A DNA stretch of 58,921 bases, the filler included, from Nemertoderma westbladi (taxonomy: Eukaryota; Animalia; Xenacoelomorpha), in NCBI GenBank assembly GCA_032718475.1. It is 3 parts of 3 records of this genome, joined end to end, with 100 filler letters (N's around TTAATTAATTAA, not from the genome) between each part and the next. Parts side by side here need not be neighbours in the genome. Positions count along the whole stretch, not along the records: positions 24,901 to 48,789 come from JAUCBJ010005492.1; positions 48,890 to 58,921 come from JAUCBJ010003972.1; 1 more part is not named here. The stretch is one strand, 5' to 3'. The stretch's first letter is position 1. Each line of letters starts with the position of its first letter. Below are positions 37,894 through 52,300 of the stretch, in pieces. Position numbers and translations under genes: made by a program. The notes under the pieces are model-generated. The model was not told the origin of the DNA. It did not search any database and saw only the letters and a list, made by a program, of their open reading frames with translations.

Positions 37894-39613
37894 CAGTACC
37901 GCTTTCAAATAACGTCGTATTGGTTCCTAATAGGATCCTATTAGGATCCAAGTCACTGATTCACTACTATTGGAGTTAGGATTTAATTGGAAATGAAATT
38001 TAGCCCAAATTCCAGACTTGGAGGCACTTAGGATTTTACTTGGATTTCATTAGGAATTTAATTGGAAATCGGCGCTTACTTTGATGTCTGGAAGGTTGGA
38101 CTCAGACTATGCTTGTGCTGGTCTACTTCTTCTCTATCCTGTCAATCATTAAGATGTATAGAATGGACTAGACTCAGCCTAAAGTTTGCGTAGTGTTCAG
38201 TTCATTACATTGAGGTATGGATATCAATGGAAAATGACACTCCTCACTGTACCTTGTATTACCAGCCTCTGACGTGAATAATATTTAAAATATAAACTCT
38301 AATAGATGAAATCCACACATCCGCACATAGTTAACGTCCGTGGGCTGGTGGGCTCTGGAATAATTTAAAATCGTATTGAACTTACAAATAAATGTAGGAC
38401 CACACACTGTATTTATTAATATTGAACATATATGTTGAGTAATAAAGAGTAAAACACAATGTTTGTGTAATTATTAACAGAATAAATATTAGTTTATTTT
38501 CATTTATTAGTTTAATTAATAATTAGACAGGGGCTAAAACTGGGCGACTAAATAAATGTATAATATCCACGGGAAATTTTCATTTCCTATACACATTGAC
38601 ATTCTGCTTACTATACAAACAATGTTTGCTGTAAGGGGAGTACAGGGGTAGATAATTGGGTGTTCAATTATTATTATAGTCTTAAAAATAAATATGGGCA
38701 TTTAATTATTAGCAGCCCACTTACTGCCTAACACGCTGTATCTCATTGTGTAGTTAAATATCCGTTCGGCCAATAGTAAGTCATTGATTAGTCCCCAAGG
38801 AGGGCTAGGGACTATAGCCCCCCCCCCCCCCCCTCCCTTCCTGACATAGATAAACTGTAATATTGAATGCTATATTTTACTGAAATACACAAGTTCCGTA
38901 TTTAAACATAACACCCACAAAGCACATTACACTCTCCAAGCAGATTCCGCAACATGTCACAATCATTATCGCTACCACTACTAAAAATAAATGACATAAC
39001 ATCCTACAGGAATTAACAGACCCTTATGAGTTTAGTGGCGGTTTGTAACAAACTTAACCTCTTGGCATAATGATATTAATATGAATTATAAATTATATTT
39101 ATTATACCATGGAAATGGTAAAATTGCCAGATCTAAAAAGTTCGCACAATAATTTAAATAAAATTATTAAAAGTTTGACGTCCGAATACAATCAGATTAC
39201 GCCTTAGCAGCCTAACTACTTGTTGAGGCTCACTCAACGTGTTGGTGGGCCTATTTTACACAAGCGGCGATACCTTTACCGTATGGTAGTTAATGTGTCC
39301 AGATGTTGAGTTAAAGCTAGTAGGTGTACTTTGCATATTTAACATTAGCCTATGGGGAGTATCGTTGTTGTAAGACAAGTCAGGGGAAGGGAAATACAAC
39401 TCAACCACTACTAGACAAAGCGGCTCTCTTTACTACTTTCAGCTATCCCGGGAGGTTGATTGACAGACACTTCTAAGCTTTGATATTTAGCCGCTCTAGG
39501 TAGACTTACATTAGGCAAATTCCAAGTGATTTCCTAAAGGTTATTTATTTCCTATTAGGTTCCTATTAGGATCCTATTAGGATCCAATAGGACGTTATTT
39601 GAAAGCGTTACTG
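37894..39613. mobile_element. Non-autonomous TIR DNA transposon with TA TSD, inserted in the LINE microsatellite tail
   Basis: ~55-bp TIRs CAGTA(C/A)CGCTTTCAAATAACGTC..TAGGATCCTA; flanks TAGTA | TAGTAGTAG. Confidence 0.82.
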
Positions 39614-39815
39614 TAGTAGTAGTATTTTATTGACATTGATAATATTGTTAATAATATAAAGCACAGCACATTCACAAATAATAAGCGAAATAGGAAATGA
39701 GGGAACTGTTAAACCGTATTCAAAAAATAGTACCTAATTATAATGTCCAAAATATTCAAATGATATAAACAACGATAGTTCAATACTAATATAGTAATTA
39801 CAGTAGATATAAGTA

Positions 39816-42800
39816 CTAATCGCCGAAAACCTGTATTACTTCATATATATATTTACATAGAGACCCTAAATTATTATTATTACCATAGAATAATACATTA
39901 ACGTTATCAAAATCCAAATTTTCATATTTATTCCGTAATTTTGTGGTTAAAGGGCAGAAAAGTAAAACATGGGGTTCATTTTGTACAGAAATTTTGTCGC
40001 ACTCACACACCCGCTGTTCGGTCGGGGTTCGGCTCCATCTACCCTTTTCTATCCTTAGGTTGTGTGACATTAGTCTGATACGGGTGAACCCTATCCGGAT
40101 ATAATCTGGCAGGTATAGGTCGCGTTTTTTATACAACTGGTGTGGTTCGAGCTTGGGGTTCATTATTTCGCGATATGTCCAGAATTTTGTTTTTGATTCA
40201 TCTTTAGATCTAATTTTACTGCGGACTGTTTTTAAAGTATCACCATCTACTGATAGGTCAGTATCAGTTAAAATTTTATAGGCCGGTGTATTTGCAGATT
40301 TACAGAGCTCGTATACTTGGTAAAATGGGATATCTATATCTGTGTTCTTTAACATCTTTGATAGATAATTTTTCCGAGAGTTACAAATACGGGACTCAAG
40401 AGGTTGTATTCCGGCTTCAATTAAACATAGATCAATCGGTGTCCGTAGTCTAACACCAAGGAGTGTCCTTACCATACGGTTATAGTATTTTTCGACTATT
40501 TTTGTATTGCATGTGAGCCAAGATTCGGATGCGTAGGTAAGTGATGCTAATATTCCGGCTTCAAATACTTGTCGTTTTAGAATGAACGGCATACTTGTGT
40601 TTTTTGCACAAAAAATGGCAAATTTGTTAGCGGTTTCTTCCCAGTGGGGTTCCTGAAATTTGAAACATGAGGTCATTTTACCATCACTTGTAAAAACTGC
40701 ACCTAAATATACATAATTTGTACAATGAGAAACGTAACATGATTCACTGAGTACGAAAGGTTCCTTGTCATCCCCAGTACCGTTGATTACAAAAAATTTG
40801 TTTTGTTTGTTTTTTTTTGGGTTAATAACCATTCCAGAATAGTTACAATAATCGTAAAGTGCATTTAGTTTACTTGTACATGTTCGCCGTGATGTAGATA
40901 AGATGACAGTATCATCCATTAACAAAAGTACCTGGATTGCTCCAAGGAAATCATCACTAGAAACAGCATCAAATATCATAGTAACTAACTTATTTAAATA
41001 TAAACAAAACAAGGTGCCGCTAGATGGCGCCCCTTGTCTAACACCTATTGTAGAAATAATACATGCAGTTTTTAGTATACTTTTAGTAGATGAATACAAG
41101 GCTTTTATTGATAATATAAATAATTTGCCGCAACCTAAAGATCTCAAGTATTGTAACATCTTATCTCTCGGCACTTTGTCATATGCTTTACAAAAATCCA
41201 CAAATACAATAAATAATTTAACCTTTTTATGTACAGCATAATCGATAAGTAACCTAAGAGACAGAATGTGTTCCAGACAGCCACGGCCTTTCTGAGCACC
41301 GGCTTGACATTTATTAATATTGCACCACTTAATTAAACGGTTATTCAGTAATATATCATAAATCTTGGCTAGACTAGTCATAATACTAATGCCCCTGTAG
41401 TTTCCGCAGAGTAAATGATTACCGGATTTAAAAATAGTCACCAGCTTACTAACTCCCCAAGAGGTAGGGATAATGTTACTTTGAAAAATACAGTTAAATA
41501 AGGATAGGAAGAATAATAGCCAGTTACCGGGTAACCAGGTAAAAATCCCCGGGCTGATTCCAATGTAACCTTTGTTAGTATTTAGGCTAGACATAGCTTC
41601 CGCTAGTTCACGTTCTGTAAATGGGTCGTCAACGATCGGGATGTAAGGAGCGTTGTCTGTGATACAGTCAGGTATAGTCAGTCCGTCATTGGGGTTCAGT
41701 AACCTCTCAAAGTGTTGCTTAAAGTCGTGGTCGTTGGGTGAGTCATCACTTCCGGTAGACGGTTCGTTAATATTACCTTTCCAGTCTAAGGATCGCCATA
41801 TCGTTCTGGAGTCATTGGTTTTAAGAATACGTTCCCAACGAGATATAGATGGGTCAACAGGACGGTTGTCTGGCGGGCGGGTAGAGTTCTTAGCAGTTGA
41901 GTTAATCGTCTCCGATGCCCTACATAATAGGTCATCAAGACTGGGTAAGTCTTCGGATATGTTGCATAAATCTGGTGTTGTAATATTACTCATCGCGGAT
42001 GTAAATGTCGATTGGTCAGTCCTGTGGTGGGGAGGTCCCCGTCGTTCGTGTGTAACAGAGTTTGATGTGGGTTTGATTATATATTGACATCCTAAACTAT
42101 TAGCTCGTTCTAACAATTCAGTGGAATAACAACTATGTGATATATTTACATTAACACAAATAGAGAGAGGAGCATGGTCTGACCCAGCGCGTTGGTTATC
42201 AACCACAAGATTACAAATACAATCTAAACAATTACTACTGGATATACACAAGTCTAGTTCCGATATCCATTGGTTGCCCTTCCGGTAAGACAGCCCACCC
42301 CCATAATTGCACTTGGTAGTTTTTAAATGGTTCACAATAACAGAGCTAGGGGGCCGTCCAAGTATGACGTCTGCACTTTTCCCCAAAATGTTGACCCCCT
42401 CCCTCCCCTAAATCAGATGTCATCAGATAGGCGTAGACCTCCCCCCCCCCTAAATCAGATTAAAAAAATTTTTGTAATAAACTATTATATTATGAAGATT
42501 ATTTATAATCACTTGTAAATCACTCAAATCGTCCTAATCACTGAAACATGGTGACTGGTAACTGAAACAGAAGGTCGTGCTACGGGCCTTCGGGAGCTTC
42601 GAACAATTAAAATAGGCAAGCTATTTACTCTTCTGCTATATCTCTTCTAGCACCTATAAATGAACATGCTGACGTCAGATTTTGGCTGACCCCCTCCCCT
42701 CCCCTCATCAGCACGTCATCAGATTTTCCCAACCCCCCTCCCCCCCATAAAGTGCTGACGTCATACTTGGACGGCCCCTAGTACCTGCACAAATATTACG

Positions 42801-43313
42801 TAGACTATGACCATTAGCATTAATAACATTATCAACAATGCCGATGTATTCGGCTTGTTCATTCAAAAAGCAAATATCTGGTGTACCTACTCTAGCATTT
42901 AAATCACCTAAAACTATAAAACTTTCATTATATAACAGTGTACTATGTAAATATGCGAAAAGGGAATTGTCATAGTACGGTGAGTCCCTCGGGGGAATAT
43001 AGCAGCCACAAAATAGTAAGTTCGGGTTAAATGTAAAGCTAACATAAATTTGACCTTCTACGGTAGTTTGTACGGAACTTATATACTTTACCAGGTCAGA
43101 TTTAACAAATAGAGAAATTCCCCCGCGGTGTGTAAATTTTGAAGGGTGTGGGTAATGGATGAAACCTGGGATCCTGAGTTTAGCATTAGTTTTAACCTCT
43201 GATAACCAAATAATGTCAAAATCGTTTAAGTAACTGATAATCGAGTCGTCTTCGAGTTTATCCTTAACACCGCAAATATTCCAGGAACAGAGTTTGAGTT
43301 TTTTCCATGTCAT
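39816..43313 (-). CDS. LINE ORF2 (APE endonuclease + RT + C-terminal CCHC), ~1021 aa once the MITE is removed
   Basis: SWNICG..LSEVK..YIPP..LGDLNAR..LD..SDHAP; NYRGIS; FVDFCKAYD; GVRQG; LLMDD; YLG; SHNLRIEKGRW..CEC..HVLLFC. Confidence 0.9.
42350..42778. mobile_element. Harbinger/ISL2EU-type MITE in the LINE endonuclease
   Basis: TIR GGGGCCGTCCAAGTATGACGTC; 3-bp TSD TAG. Removal restores NICAGTSSVIVN in frame. Confidence 0.9.
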
Positions 43314-43346
43314 AGAGGATTCAACCAGTGACTGTGCTGCGTAACC

Positions 43347-44192
43347 CTAGTGGTGAGGGTTGGTGAGCACAGATTGGCCGATTACTACTCCGTTGCGAGT
43401 TATTACCTTACGTTTGTAATCGATTCGGATCATAGCGGTCTGATTTTCGGGTTGTTGGCGCGCTTCATATGCTTGTTTTCGGAGTCGACTTTCTTCTTGC
43501 CGAACTATAGGGTTGGTGTCGCGTCTTATATAGACCTTCTTGAACGTTTCCGATTCTTTTAAGTTCTTAGCTGAACTAAGAATAACATTTCGTATTTCCT
43601 TATTCTGTAGGATCATTAGGATTGGGCGAGGGCGGGTAGGATCGGTAGTCGCAACTCCAAGACGGCGAGCGGACCATTCACACAACGGGTTCGGTGTTCC
43701 GATCGCGTCCAGCATCTCGTTTAGAGCGGTTACGTCTTCCACGCCACTAGTTGCCGTTTCTTTGATACCCGTTATCACTATGTTACACTCACGTTCTTTA
43801 TTATCTATCCGCTCGATAAACGCCTGTTGTTTACCGATTATCTCATAGGCTTTATCCAACTTACAGGTTAGACCTTGAACGGACTCGCGTAGTGAGTTGA
43901 TCTGTTTGACCTCAGTGCGCAATTGTCGCAATTCTTCAAGTATCTGTACTGTTATCGGGCTCCGATCTTGGTTTAGGCCTACACCATCCAATGTGCTCGT
44001 ATCGTCGTCGTCCAATGTAATCGAGTCAGCCTCCCGATATAAGGATAGTGCCGCTTTAAGTTGCGCATTCGTTAGGCTGTTGACTTGGGAAATTGTGAGT
44101 TTACGAATATCGTCGATAGAGTCGGTAGGGATCGACCTACGTTGTTTCTTTGGCGACATGCTGATGGATACCGGATACCGGTTATTACCCAA
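43347..44192 (-). CDS. LINE ORF1 (coiled coil + RRM-like domain)
   Basis: NIVITGIKE..RLG..RPRPIL..IL..AKNLK..VYIRRD pattern, directly upstream of ORF2. True start may be a downstream ATG (~44165). Confidence 0.85.
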   Translation of the reverse strand: MGNNRYPVSISMSPKKQRRSIPTDSIDDIRKLTISQVNSLTNAQLKAALSLYREADSITLDDDDTSTLDGVGLNQDRSPITVQILEELRQLRTEVKQINSLRESVQGLTCKLDKAYEIIGKQQAFIERIDNKERECNIVITGIKETATSGVEDVTALNEMLDAIGTPNPLCEWSARRLGVATTDPTRPRPILMILQNKEIRNVILSSAKNLKESETFKKVYIRRDTNPIVRQEESRLRKQAYEARQQPENQTAMIRIDYKRKVITRNGVVIGQSVLTNPHH

Positions 44193-47100
44193 AGTACAGA
44201 AATATATAAAAAAGCAGTACAGTCAGACAGACAAGACCAAGTTTTTTTCAAGTCTTCGTTTTTCAAGTCTTACAACTTGCTTAACTGTGTCGTCTTTGCA
44301 GTGTCTTGATATACTGGAGGGTGGTATAATGAATTAGTTGCATTATTATAATTATAATTAATCAAAAATTGTGATTGGTTGTGCTTAGAAAGGATGGCAA
44401 GGTTGGGCTAAGAAAGGATGGCATGTTGTGCTAAGAAAGAATGGCAATCTGGTTGTAACCAACTCCAATCAGCAATTAATAGAGAATAACGGTCAGATAG
44501 ATAGACACGGCATAACTTAGGTCAGCTCAGTGAGATGCACCATCCTACAGGATCGGGTAGACATGTGGGGCGAGCCACGAAAGTAAGCGAGCTTAACATA
44601 CGGGTACCACAAACTCAATCGGTGTATGTGGGGCGAGGCACTACGTAAGTGAGCCTTAGCGTAGGGGTACCATTAATCAACCTGTCGTTCTGTGGGGCTA
44701 TGTGAATTAGGCTAGGATGAACGACTGGGGTGGGTATGAAACTTCTGTACATAGGACAAGATATGGATTATTTATATTCTTAGCCAGCCAGTGGCATCTC
44801 TCCCTGCCTGCTTGCCTGACTATTCCTATGACTGACTACCTACCTATTAATTTATTCTCAACCTGTTTAACTGGTATTTGATTCCTACAGAGTCTGTGGG
44901 GCGAGCCACGAAGTGAGTGAGCCTTAGCGTAGTGGTACCATTAATCAACCTGTCGTTCTGTCGTTCTGTCGTGTTCAATTTTAAACGTTAATAACTCGGC
45001 CAATCTTTGATGAAATCTATCCAAACTTGGTACACATGTTGTTTGGCAAAAGTTTAGAAATTTTCCAAGTAGAATTTCCGTGTGGCCTTCGAGAAGCTAA
45101 GATAATAGCAGTTAATTAGTTAATTAAGTTGATTACGGTGAAAACACCATTTTCAACCTGCCTTTTAAAGGAAATTAATTGTTTTACAGTATAAGATTTA
45201 AATAATTATCCAATAAATGACAGATATAATAACATAAATACAATCCATTGCATGGCTGTTGTGTAAGCTTATATATGAAATAGTTTATTCCACAATGTAT
45301 ATATGTCTGGTTATTTTTTAATTGAATTTTTGCAAAGTAGTAAAATTAATGTTCTTAAAAATAATATTATTATTTTATATGTAACCTAGGAAATTAGCTA
45401 CATTTTTTCGCTGCAGCTTTAAGAGTGTACATTGATTTAATATTATTTCAATACCCATATTACTACATCGGCATAAGATGCGTTGGCGTTGTATCACACA
45501 TCTCCACATATCACACATCTCCACATAGATGTATCAACAGTTACTCGCACAGTTTCGAAACTTCGCATAGTTATAACTGTATAAAGATCGTCAGTCTGCG
45601 TTTAGGAAAAATATTTTATGACAAAACAGGACAAGCGACGAGCGCAACGATGCATATAATGAAGACGAGTACTGCGTTGACTAAATTATTATATAAACCA
45701 CCTGGCTTCACATATTGATCGCATCCCTAGTTATTATTATTATAAAGATCGTCCTAGCCTGCGTTTAAGAAATATATTTAAATACAAAACAGGACGAACG
45801 CAACGAGGCTTATAATGAAAACGAGTACTGCGTTTATTATATTCCTATAAACCACCTGGCTTTGCATATTGAACGTGCGATTGGAAATAAGTTCGTGCTA
45901 CCCTTCCGTGGGTGGTAGATGTCGCAGTTATGTATTGGTGGTTGGGAAGGGTGGGGGGGGGGGGGGAGATTAAAAGGGGTGAACACGTACTGTCCCCCTT
46001 TCTTTGATTGATTGGTGGTGTGGGTAAATTTCTCAAAACCTGATTTTGTGATACAGTCGCTCAATTTTAATTTGTATCTCATAACTGGGCCTCGTGCTGC
46101 GCGAAGGCCCCACGAACGTGTTGTTAATGTACAGTATTTATTGCTTTAGCTAAAGGACAGATTTAATAATGATTGTCAATAATATTAAATACCAGAACTA
46201 TAGGCTTATATCCGAAGTAATTTATTCCACAAAATATTGGGCTGGCAATTTATTAATGGGATTTATGTGGAATGATCTAAAAAATAATATTATCATTTTA
46301 TTGAGTCCTTATAATATTAGCCAAATTGCATACCCAACAAATTGAACGTAATTAAAGCTACTGTACTTCAACTAGTCATTTTGTTCCTTTTCAAAATAGG
46401 AACTTAGGTCCTTGTCCAGATTAGCTTTTTCTGTTTGGTATAGGACACTGTCTTTTTGAACTCCAACTTCTTTTCCTCTCGGAGTTTCATTCGACTGTTT
46501 TTTTTCTTTATTTGTTGTCCAACTTCCTTTTTTTCCTCTACGTCGATTATTCTTTTTTTCTTTGTTCTTTTTGACCTTGTTTTTTGTACAATCATTCTTT
46601 ATTACTTTTTCTTTTTTCCCTTCTTGTTTTTTTCCCGTCTTGTTTTCGTTCACCTTTGTTTCCAGTCTCGCCGATAAACTGGATGCTTCCATGAAAAACT
46701 GCGTCATAAAATGTCGCCATAAATAATAAATATTATACAGAATATTATATTATATATTGCTTAGAGACAGGGGGGAAACTGGACGCAAATCCCACCTTGG
46801 CGAATTAATATCCCGCCTCAATGTTAAATGAGCAGGTACAATGGCACGTTATTTTAACCAAAACAATAAACTAAACACAATAGAACAGGATACAGTTTCA
46901 TTTTTGACAGTAATCATCCGTTATTTGCGCCTAATTTCCCCTGGAGAGTGATGAATTTATATTGCGTCCAGCCCCCCCCCCCCCCCCCCCCCCCCCTGAA
47001 TATCTGAATACTAATTAGGCCTACTGTACTTGGTTAATAACGCTGTGCGTACCAACACTCAAAAAAGGCGTCACACTGCCGCCTTTTTCATTCTAAATAT

Positions 47101-48789
47101 TTCAGGACCATGCTCATTAAAGCGGCATTGTACCAGCTTTATGTAATTATAACTTAACCCCTTGGGCGCCTGTGCCGCCTTTACATATTTCATATTGACC
47201 CCAGGGCCGTAGGGTGCCGACTATTTAAAACCTCTTATAACTTTGTTATAATTATTGGGACGGAAAATTCGCGTTGGGCAGGAAAAACTGGTCTATAAAA
47301 GTTAATTTAATATTGCTTGAAGGGATTCCTATTGGTTTGAGTGTAGGCCTACTTTAAATTACATAATTTATGAAATCACATGAAATATAAATTCAATTTA
47401 TAAAATTTAAATTGAATAATTATGTTACAAATGATTAAGGCGGAAGTGTTCCGCCCGTGTGGTGTTCAAAGGTGAAAGATTTCAAATAAATCCTCTATAT
47501 ATTAAAATATCTGGTACGACAAGAAATAAAAATTTAATTTAATTTAATTTAAATTAAAAAATAAAAAATATACTTTTCTTGGTCCTTAGGAGGAACAATT
47601 TATGTAATAAATTTTTCTTTGGTGCACAAAGGTGTTAATAGCTTAACGTCAGGATAAATAAAAAAAAACCGACAAAATAAGTATAATAATGGATGTACAA
47701 AATTAAATCTACTATTTTCAAGAAAATAAAAACAATGAATTTGGCAGAATCTGAATTACTGTATATATTAGCAATACTTTGGTATTAAAGGGCGTACTAT
47801 TATGTTTTAATTAACAAATGCAGTAAGTTGTGTTTTATTAAACATCAGGTCAACCTTGAGTAATACGTGATATAATGGAGTGATTGATTATGTTGTAATT
47901 ATTCAAAATCAAAAACCTTGATTAAAACGGTAAATCAATGACCGAGTTACACTATTACTTTATCAGATAGCAGGAGGGGGGGGGTTACTTTCAAAGCAAT
48001 AAAAATTATTCCCTCTCCAGGAGAAATTCGACGCAAATAACAGCTGATTACTTTCAAAAATAAATCTGTAATCTGTTCTATTGTGTTTAGTTTATTGTTT
48101 TGGTTAAAATACCGTGTTAAAATAACATCATAAGACTTATTTATTACATGGGAAAAAATTAGAACTTATTTACTATTCTCGAAGCATTTTATTTACCGAA
48201 CGCCATCTAGATAAAGGGTCGAGAGAATATTGAAAAAAATATTTTACGTTTTTTTCCCATGTAATTAATACGTAATTATGTTGTTAAAGTGGTACTTTTT
48301 TTAATTAATTTTTCTTTAACTTATTAATTAATTAATCTTAAAATTCTTTAATTAAAATATAGAACGATATAGAGTTACAAAATAAATTGAACTGCAGTAT
48401 TTTACTATATTGATTCCATAGTTACTGCGATTCCAATTATTGCGAAGCAGGACCTTATCGCCCCTGGAACTTATCGTCCCTATAAATTGGATTTCTATTG
48501 GGAACTTATCGCCCCTGGGTCTTTACCGCCCCAGGTCCTTTATCGCCCCTGTCATTATACAGTGTGCAGGATACTTTCCCCCAACTTTCTCATACTTCCT
48601 CTAAGTCACATATTTTACTGTACTGTAGTTATAGTTTAGATTCGTTCGAGTTTATCTTCGATTTATCACTCTCAGCGTTTCAAAATTGTTTGGTTATGGC
48701 TATAATTTGGAATATAGATGCCTAAGATGCCATTCTACAGGACAGGTCAGAAATTTTATTTTTCGCTATTTAATATTAGTTACTGTAAT

Positions 48790-48889
48790 NNNNNNNNNNN
48801 NNNNNNNNNNNNNNNNNNNNNNNNNNNNNNNNNTTAATTAATTAANNNNNNNNNNNNNNNNNNNNNNNNNNNNNNNNNNNNNNNNNNNN
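48790..48889. other. Assembly gap / artificial contig linker
   Basis: Same 100-nt N-TTAATTAATTAA-N structure. Confidence 0.97.
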
Positions 48890-49300
48890 TTTTCTTTCCG
48901 CTTCGGCTGCTGCCACTGCCGCCTTTCTTTCCGCTTCTGCCACTGTCGCTTTTCTTTCTGCTTCTGCAGCTGCCACTGCTGCTGCTATTTTCTTTCTGTC
49001 TTCTATAAGTTTTTTCTTTACTTGCTCTTCTTGGACTCGTATGATGCGGAGTTGTTCATCAAATTTAGCTTGGTTCGCCGCTAACATTTCCGCATCGATT
49101 GCGTCCAGCACAAGCTTGGTTCCTTCACTATTAGGGCTAAGCCCCTCCAGCCTTCTCCTCAACTCTTTGTCCCCTACAAAGCGTTGATAGTCTGACAGAT
49201 AGATGTCAATGGCATCTCTCTTTCGCGGCCCCTCCGCTGTCCCTTCGCTCTCGGTTGTATCTAGTAGACTGTCTGACAGGTTCTGCTTTGCGTCAGACAT
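48890..49300 (-). CDS. gag-like ORF start of LTR family 2 (runs into gap)
   Basis: ATG-initiated, acidic head then A/E/R/K coiled-coil repeats. Same position and composition as the BEL gag at 15378. Confidence 0.55.
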
Positions 49301-52300
49301 GCTTATGTATACAGTTGAATGTCTACTGCTGTATTACAGTCTGAGCAAGTCTAGTAACTCAGTATTAACTGCTAGCCTAGTAATTAATTACCGGTACTGC
49401 TACTCAGTGTAGTGTGATATATATAATATATTAAAATACCGGTATGCTTATAGTATATATAAGTATTATTACAGACTAGGTTTATCTCAGAATACCGGTA
49501 TAATTTTAGCACAAATATATATAAATATATAATAGGCCTATCGGGAATACCGGTATACAGCTTACAGTTTGTAGTATATATAATTCTGGACTAGAATTAA
49601 TTACAAGTACCGGTATAATTTCAGCCTAAATTTATAGAAATAAAGATAATAGGCCTATCGTAAATACCGGTATGCAGTTTACACTTATAGTATATATATA
49701 AGTATAATTACAAACTAGAATTAATTACAGAATACCGGTATGATTTCAACCTAAAATTTATAAAAATAAATATAATAAGCCTATTGTAAATACCGGTATA
49801 TCAATTATTTTAAATAACTGAATTTCTGAATTTTAAGGGTTACTTGGTTACTTTAACTTACTTTATTGCCGTTATTTAAGCAGTAGTCCAACTGATATTG
49901 AGACCTAATTGTTGTATGGCAGGCCTACTATTTATAAATCGTTTGAGTTGATTTATAATATATATATATACCCGTTTAATGGGTTTTGTCAATGTTTGAA
50001 ATAAATGTTATTATTTCTGGGGAGTAATCACTACGCAAAGCGGTGCGCTTTCAGTGAAGTGTTACTTATAGGACACTAAAACAAATAATTCTAATTTACC
50101 TAAGTTACTTAATACTACAAAGTACGTACAATTCGGGTGAGATTACAATCTCTAAATAAACACAAAAATTTACAAAAAAAACACAAAATACGAATTTTTA
50201 GGGTAATTTTACAAGAAGTCTACAAACCAGTCTAACTAAGGGTTAGAATCTGGTTATTACAACGGACAGGGTACTACGGTATTTGAAATAATAAGTAGTA
50301 GTAAGTACACTGCGTTGTCCAGATAGGAAAATACCACCGCCTGACGACCTATAGCCGTATCGCTATAGGTTCTACGTTATGTATCACGGAGTGTTCCTAC
50401 CTAGAAGTTAATAGAGCTAATCGAACGTGCCTATCAACCACTTTACAACACAAATATAATGTCTACACTAATTACTTCGGAAAGTACTGTACACTAAACC
50501 CTAAATTAGGTACGAGTACTTGTACAACATATAATCAGTAGTTAAATATACTTGAACAGTTAAAAGAACCACGGCATCTGCTGGAGTGACCGATGCACAA
50601 AATCACCAGTCTTTACCTACGCCAAGCAGCCCGTGTAGTACCGGTGTTAATTTAACTATAGCGGTATGTATAACAAACACAATTACTGTAGGAACAAACT
50701 TGGGGAATGAATGTTGCGGATAATTGCATAAACTCTGAATAATAAATATTACGCTACGCGTACAAACTACTCAAACAAAATGCAGACCGAACACTGACAG
50801 ACTACTATCAAGCCTAAACAAACTACGGTATATGCAGACTCCGAAATAATTAGGTAGTATGCGTTCTAACCCAGTAGTACGACTTATTCTTTAATTGGGG
50901 GTTTACCTTACAGCATTCGCTGCCCCTACTTCCTAACCGTTCTTTATCGGACAAGTGATCTACACACGCTGCAATCCGTTCAGACCCAATAACAGCCAGA
51001 CAACTATCCAGCCTACAAATTATCTAAATAAATATTATACGCTACCCGTACAGACTTACACAAACAAAGTACAGACTCAACGATGGCAGACTACTCTCAA
51101 GCCTAAATAAACTACAGGACATGCAGACTCCGAAATAATTAGGTAGTATGCGTTCTAACCCAGTAGTACGACTTATTCTTTAATTGGGGGTTTACCTTAC
51201 AGCATTCGCTGCCCCCACTTCCTAACCGTTCTTTATCGGACAGATGATCTACACACACTGCAATCCGTTCAGACTTAACAACAATCAGACAACAGCTCAG
51301 CCTACAAATTGTCTGTACAATCTGATCAGGCTTACACGCCTTCTGTTCAATACTGGCCTACAAACAAATAAAACTTGACAGAAATAAGTAAAATCTCAAT
51401 AAAAACCAGGCGTCCCCGATTAATTATTAAGACCTACCGGCATATATAATCAAATCGAATAATACTGCTGTACTTATACGGGAAGTACCGGTTATGACAG
51501 TTAGGCCTACCGACCTACTGAAGTACCGGTTCTGGCAGTTGGACCTACGGGCCTACGGCAGTACCGGTTCTGGCAGTTGGGCCTACTGACCTACAGATGG
51601 ACCGTTCAGGTTTACCGGTTGACCGGTACTTTCAACTTTATTGCTTACTGCAATAAAGAAGCTATATCCGTTATTGTTCGCGCTTTCAGACCTTTGGCAG
51701 TTTAACCCGCCAAATTAGGATGTCTTCTAGATAATAAATCACCTTTAGTCTATGACAAGTATTTAATTCACTACACTAGTCGAAACCAATCTGTGCGCGA
51801 TCATTCACCCGCTGGATATACCCGGGAGATTGGGTTCGACGGCTTAATTTTATTGCTATGTAAGCCTAATGTATTATTCGACTGACAGTATTATATAATC
51901 TCTGACAATATTATTCACCTTCGGGAAATATTAACAGTTCCTTTAGGACGTGGCGCTCTATCTATACAAACAGAGTTATGACTTAAACTACTCACAACGA
52001 TACGGCTTAGTTACAATTCACATATATGGCGCATTCTTTAGGAAATGCTTCGTTATCAGTCTCACTCATACACAATGCTGCACAATACTGCACACTGATC
52101 TGCCGATCTTCACTGATTTTAGTCACATATAAAAGGAACACGGACCGAATCATGTAGGGTCTATCAAATAACATTAGATTCACTTCAAACCACTCAACAT
52201 AGGTCGCAATCATTTATCTGTAACCTTTCTCTCTTACCTTCGGTATATCAAGAATATTGGGTTTTCGGGGTTATTTGTCGTTATTCCAAATATAATAATT

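Larger units (their letters stand above)
39614..44310 (-). mobile_element. Apparently full-length two-ORF non-LTR retrotransposon (APE-RT, RTEX/CR1-like; clade not settled)
   Basis: ORF1 + ORF2 + 3' UTR ending in a (TAC)n tail. 5' end approximate; no TSD found. Confidence 0.88.

Noticed and set aside
46372-46707. Lys-rich 111-aa ORF
   Set aside because: Low-complexity A-rich tract with no domain or splice support; cannot be called a gene.
47158-47634. piggyBac-like MITE (TTAA CCCCTT...AAGGTG TTAA)
   Set aside because: TIRs too imperfect to support by eye.
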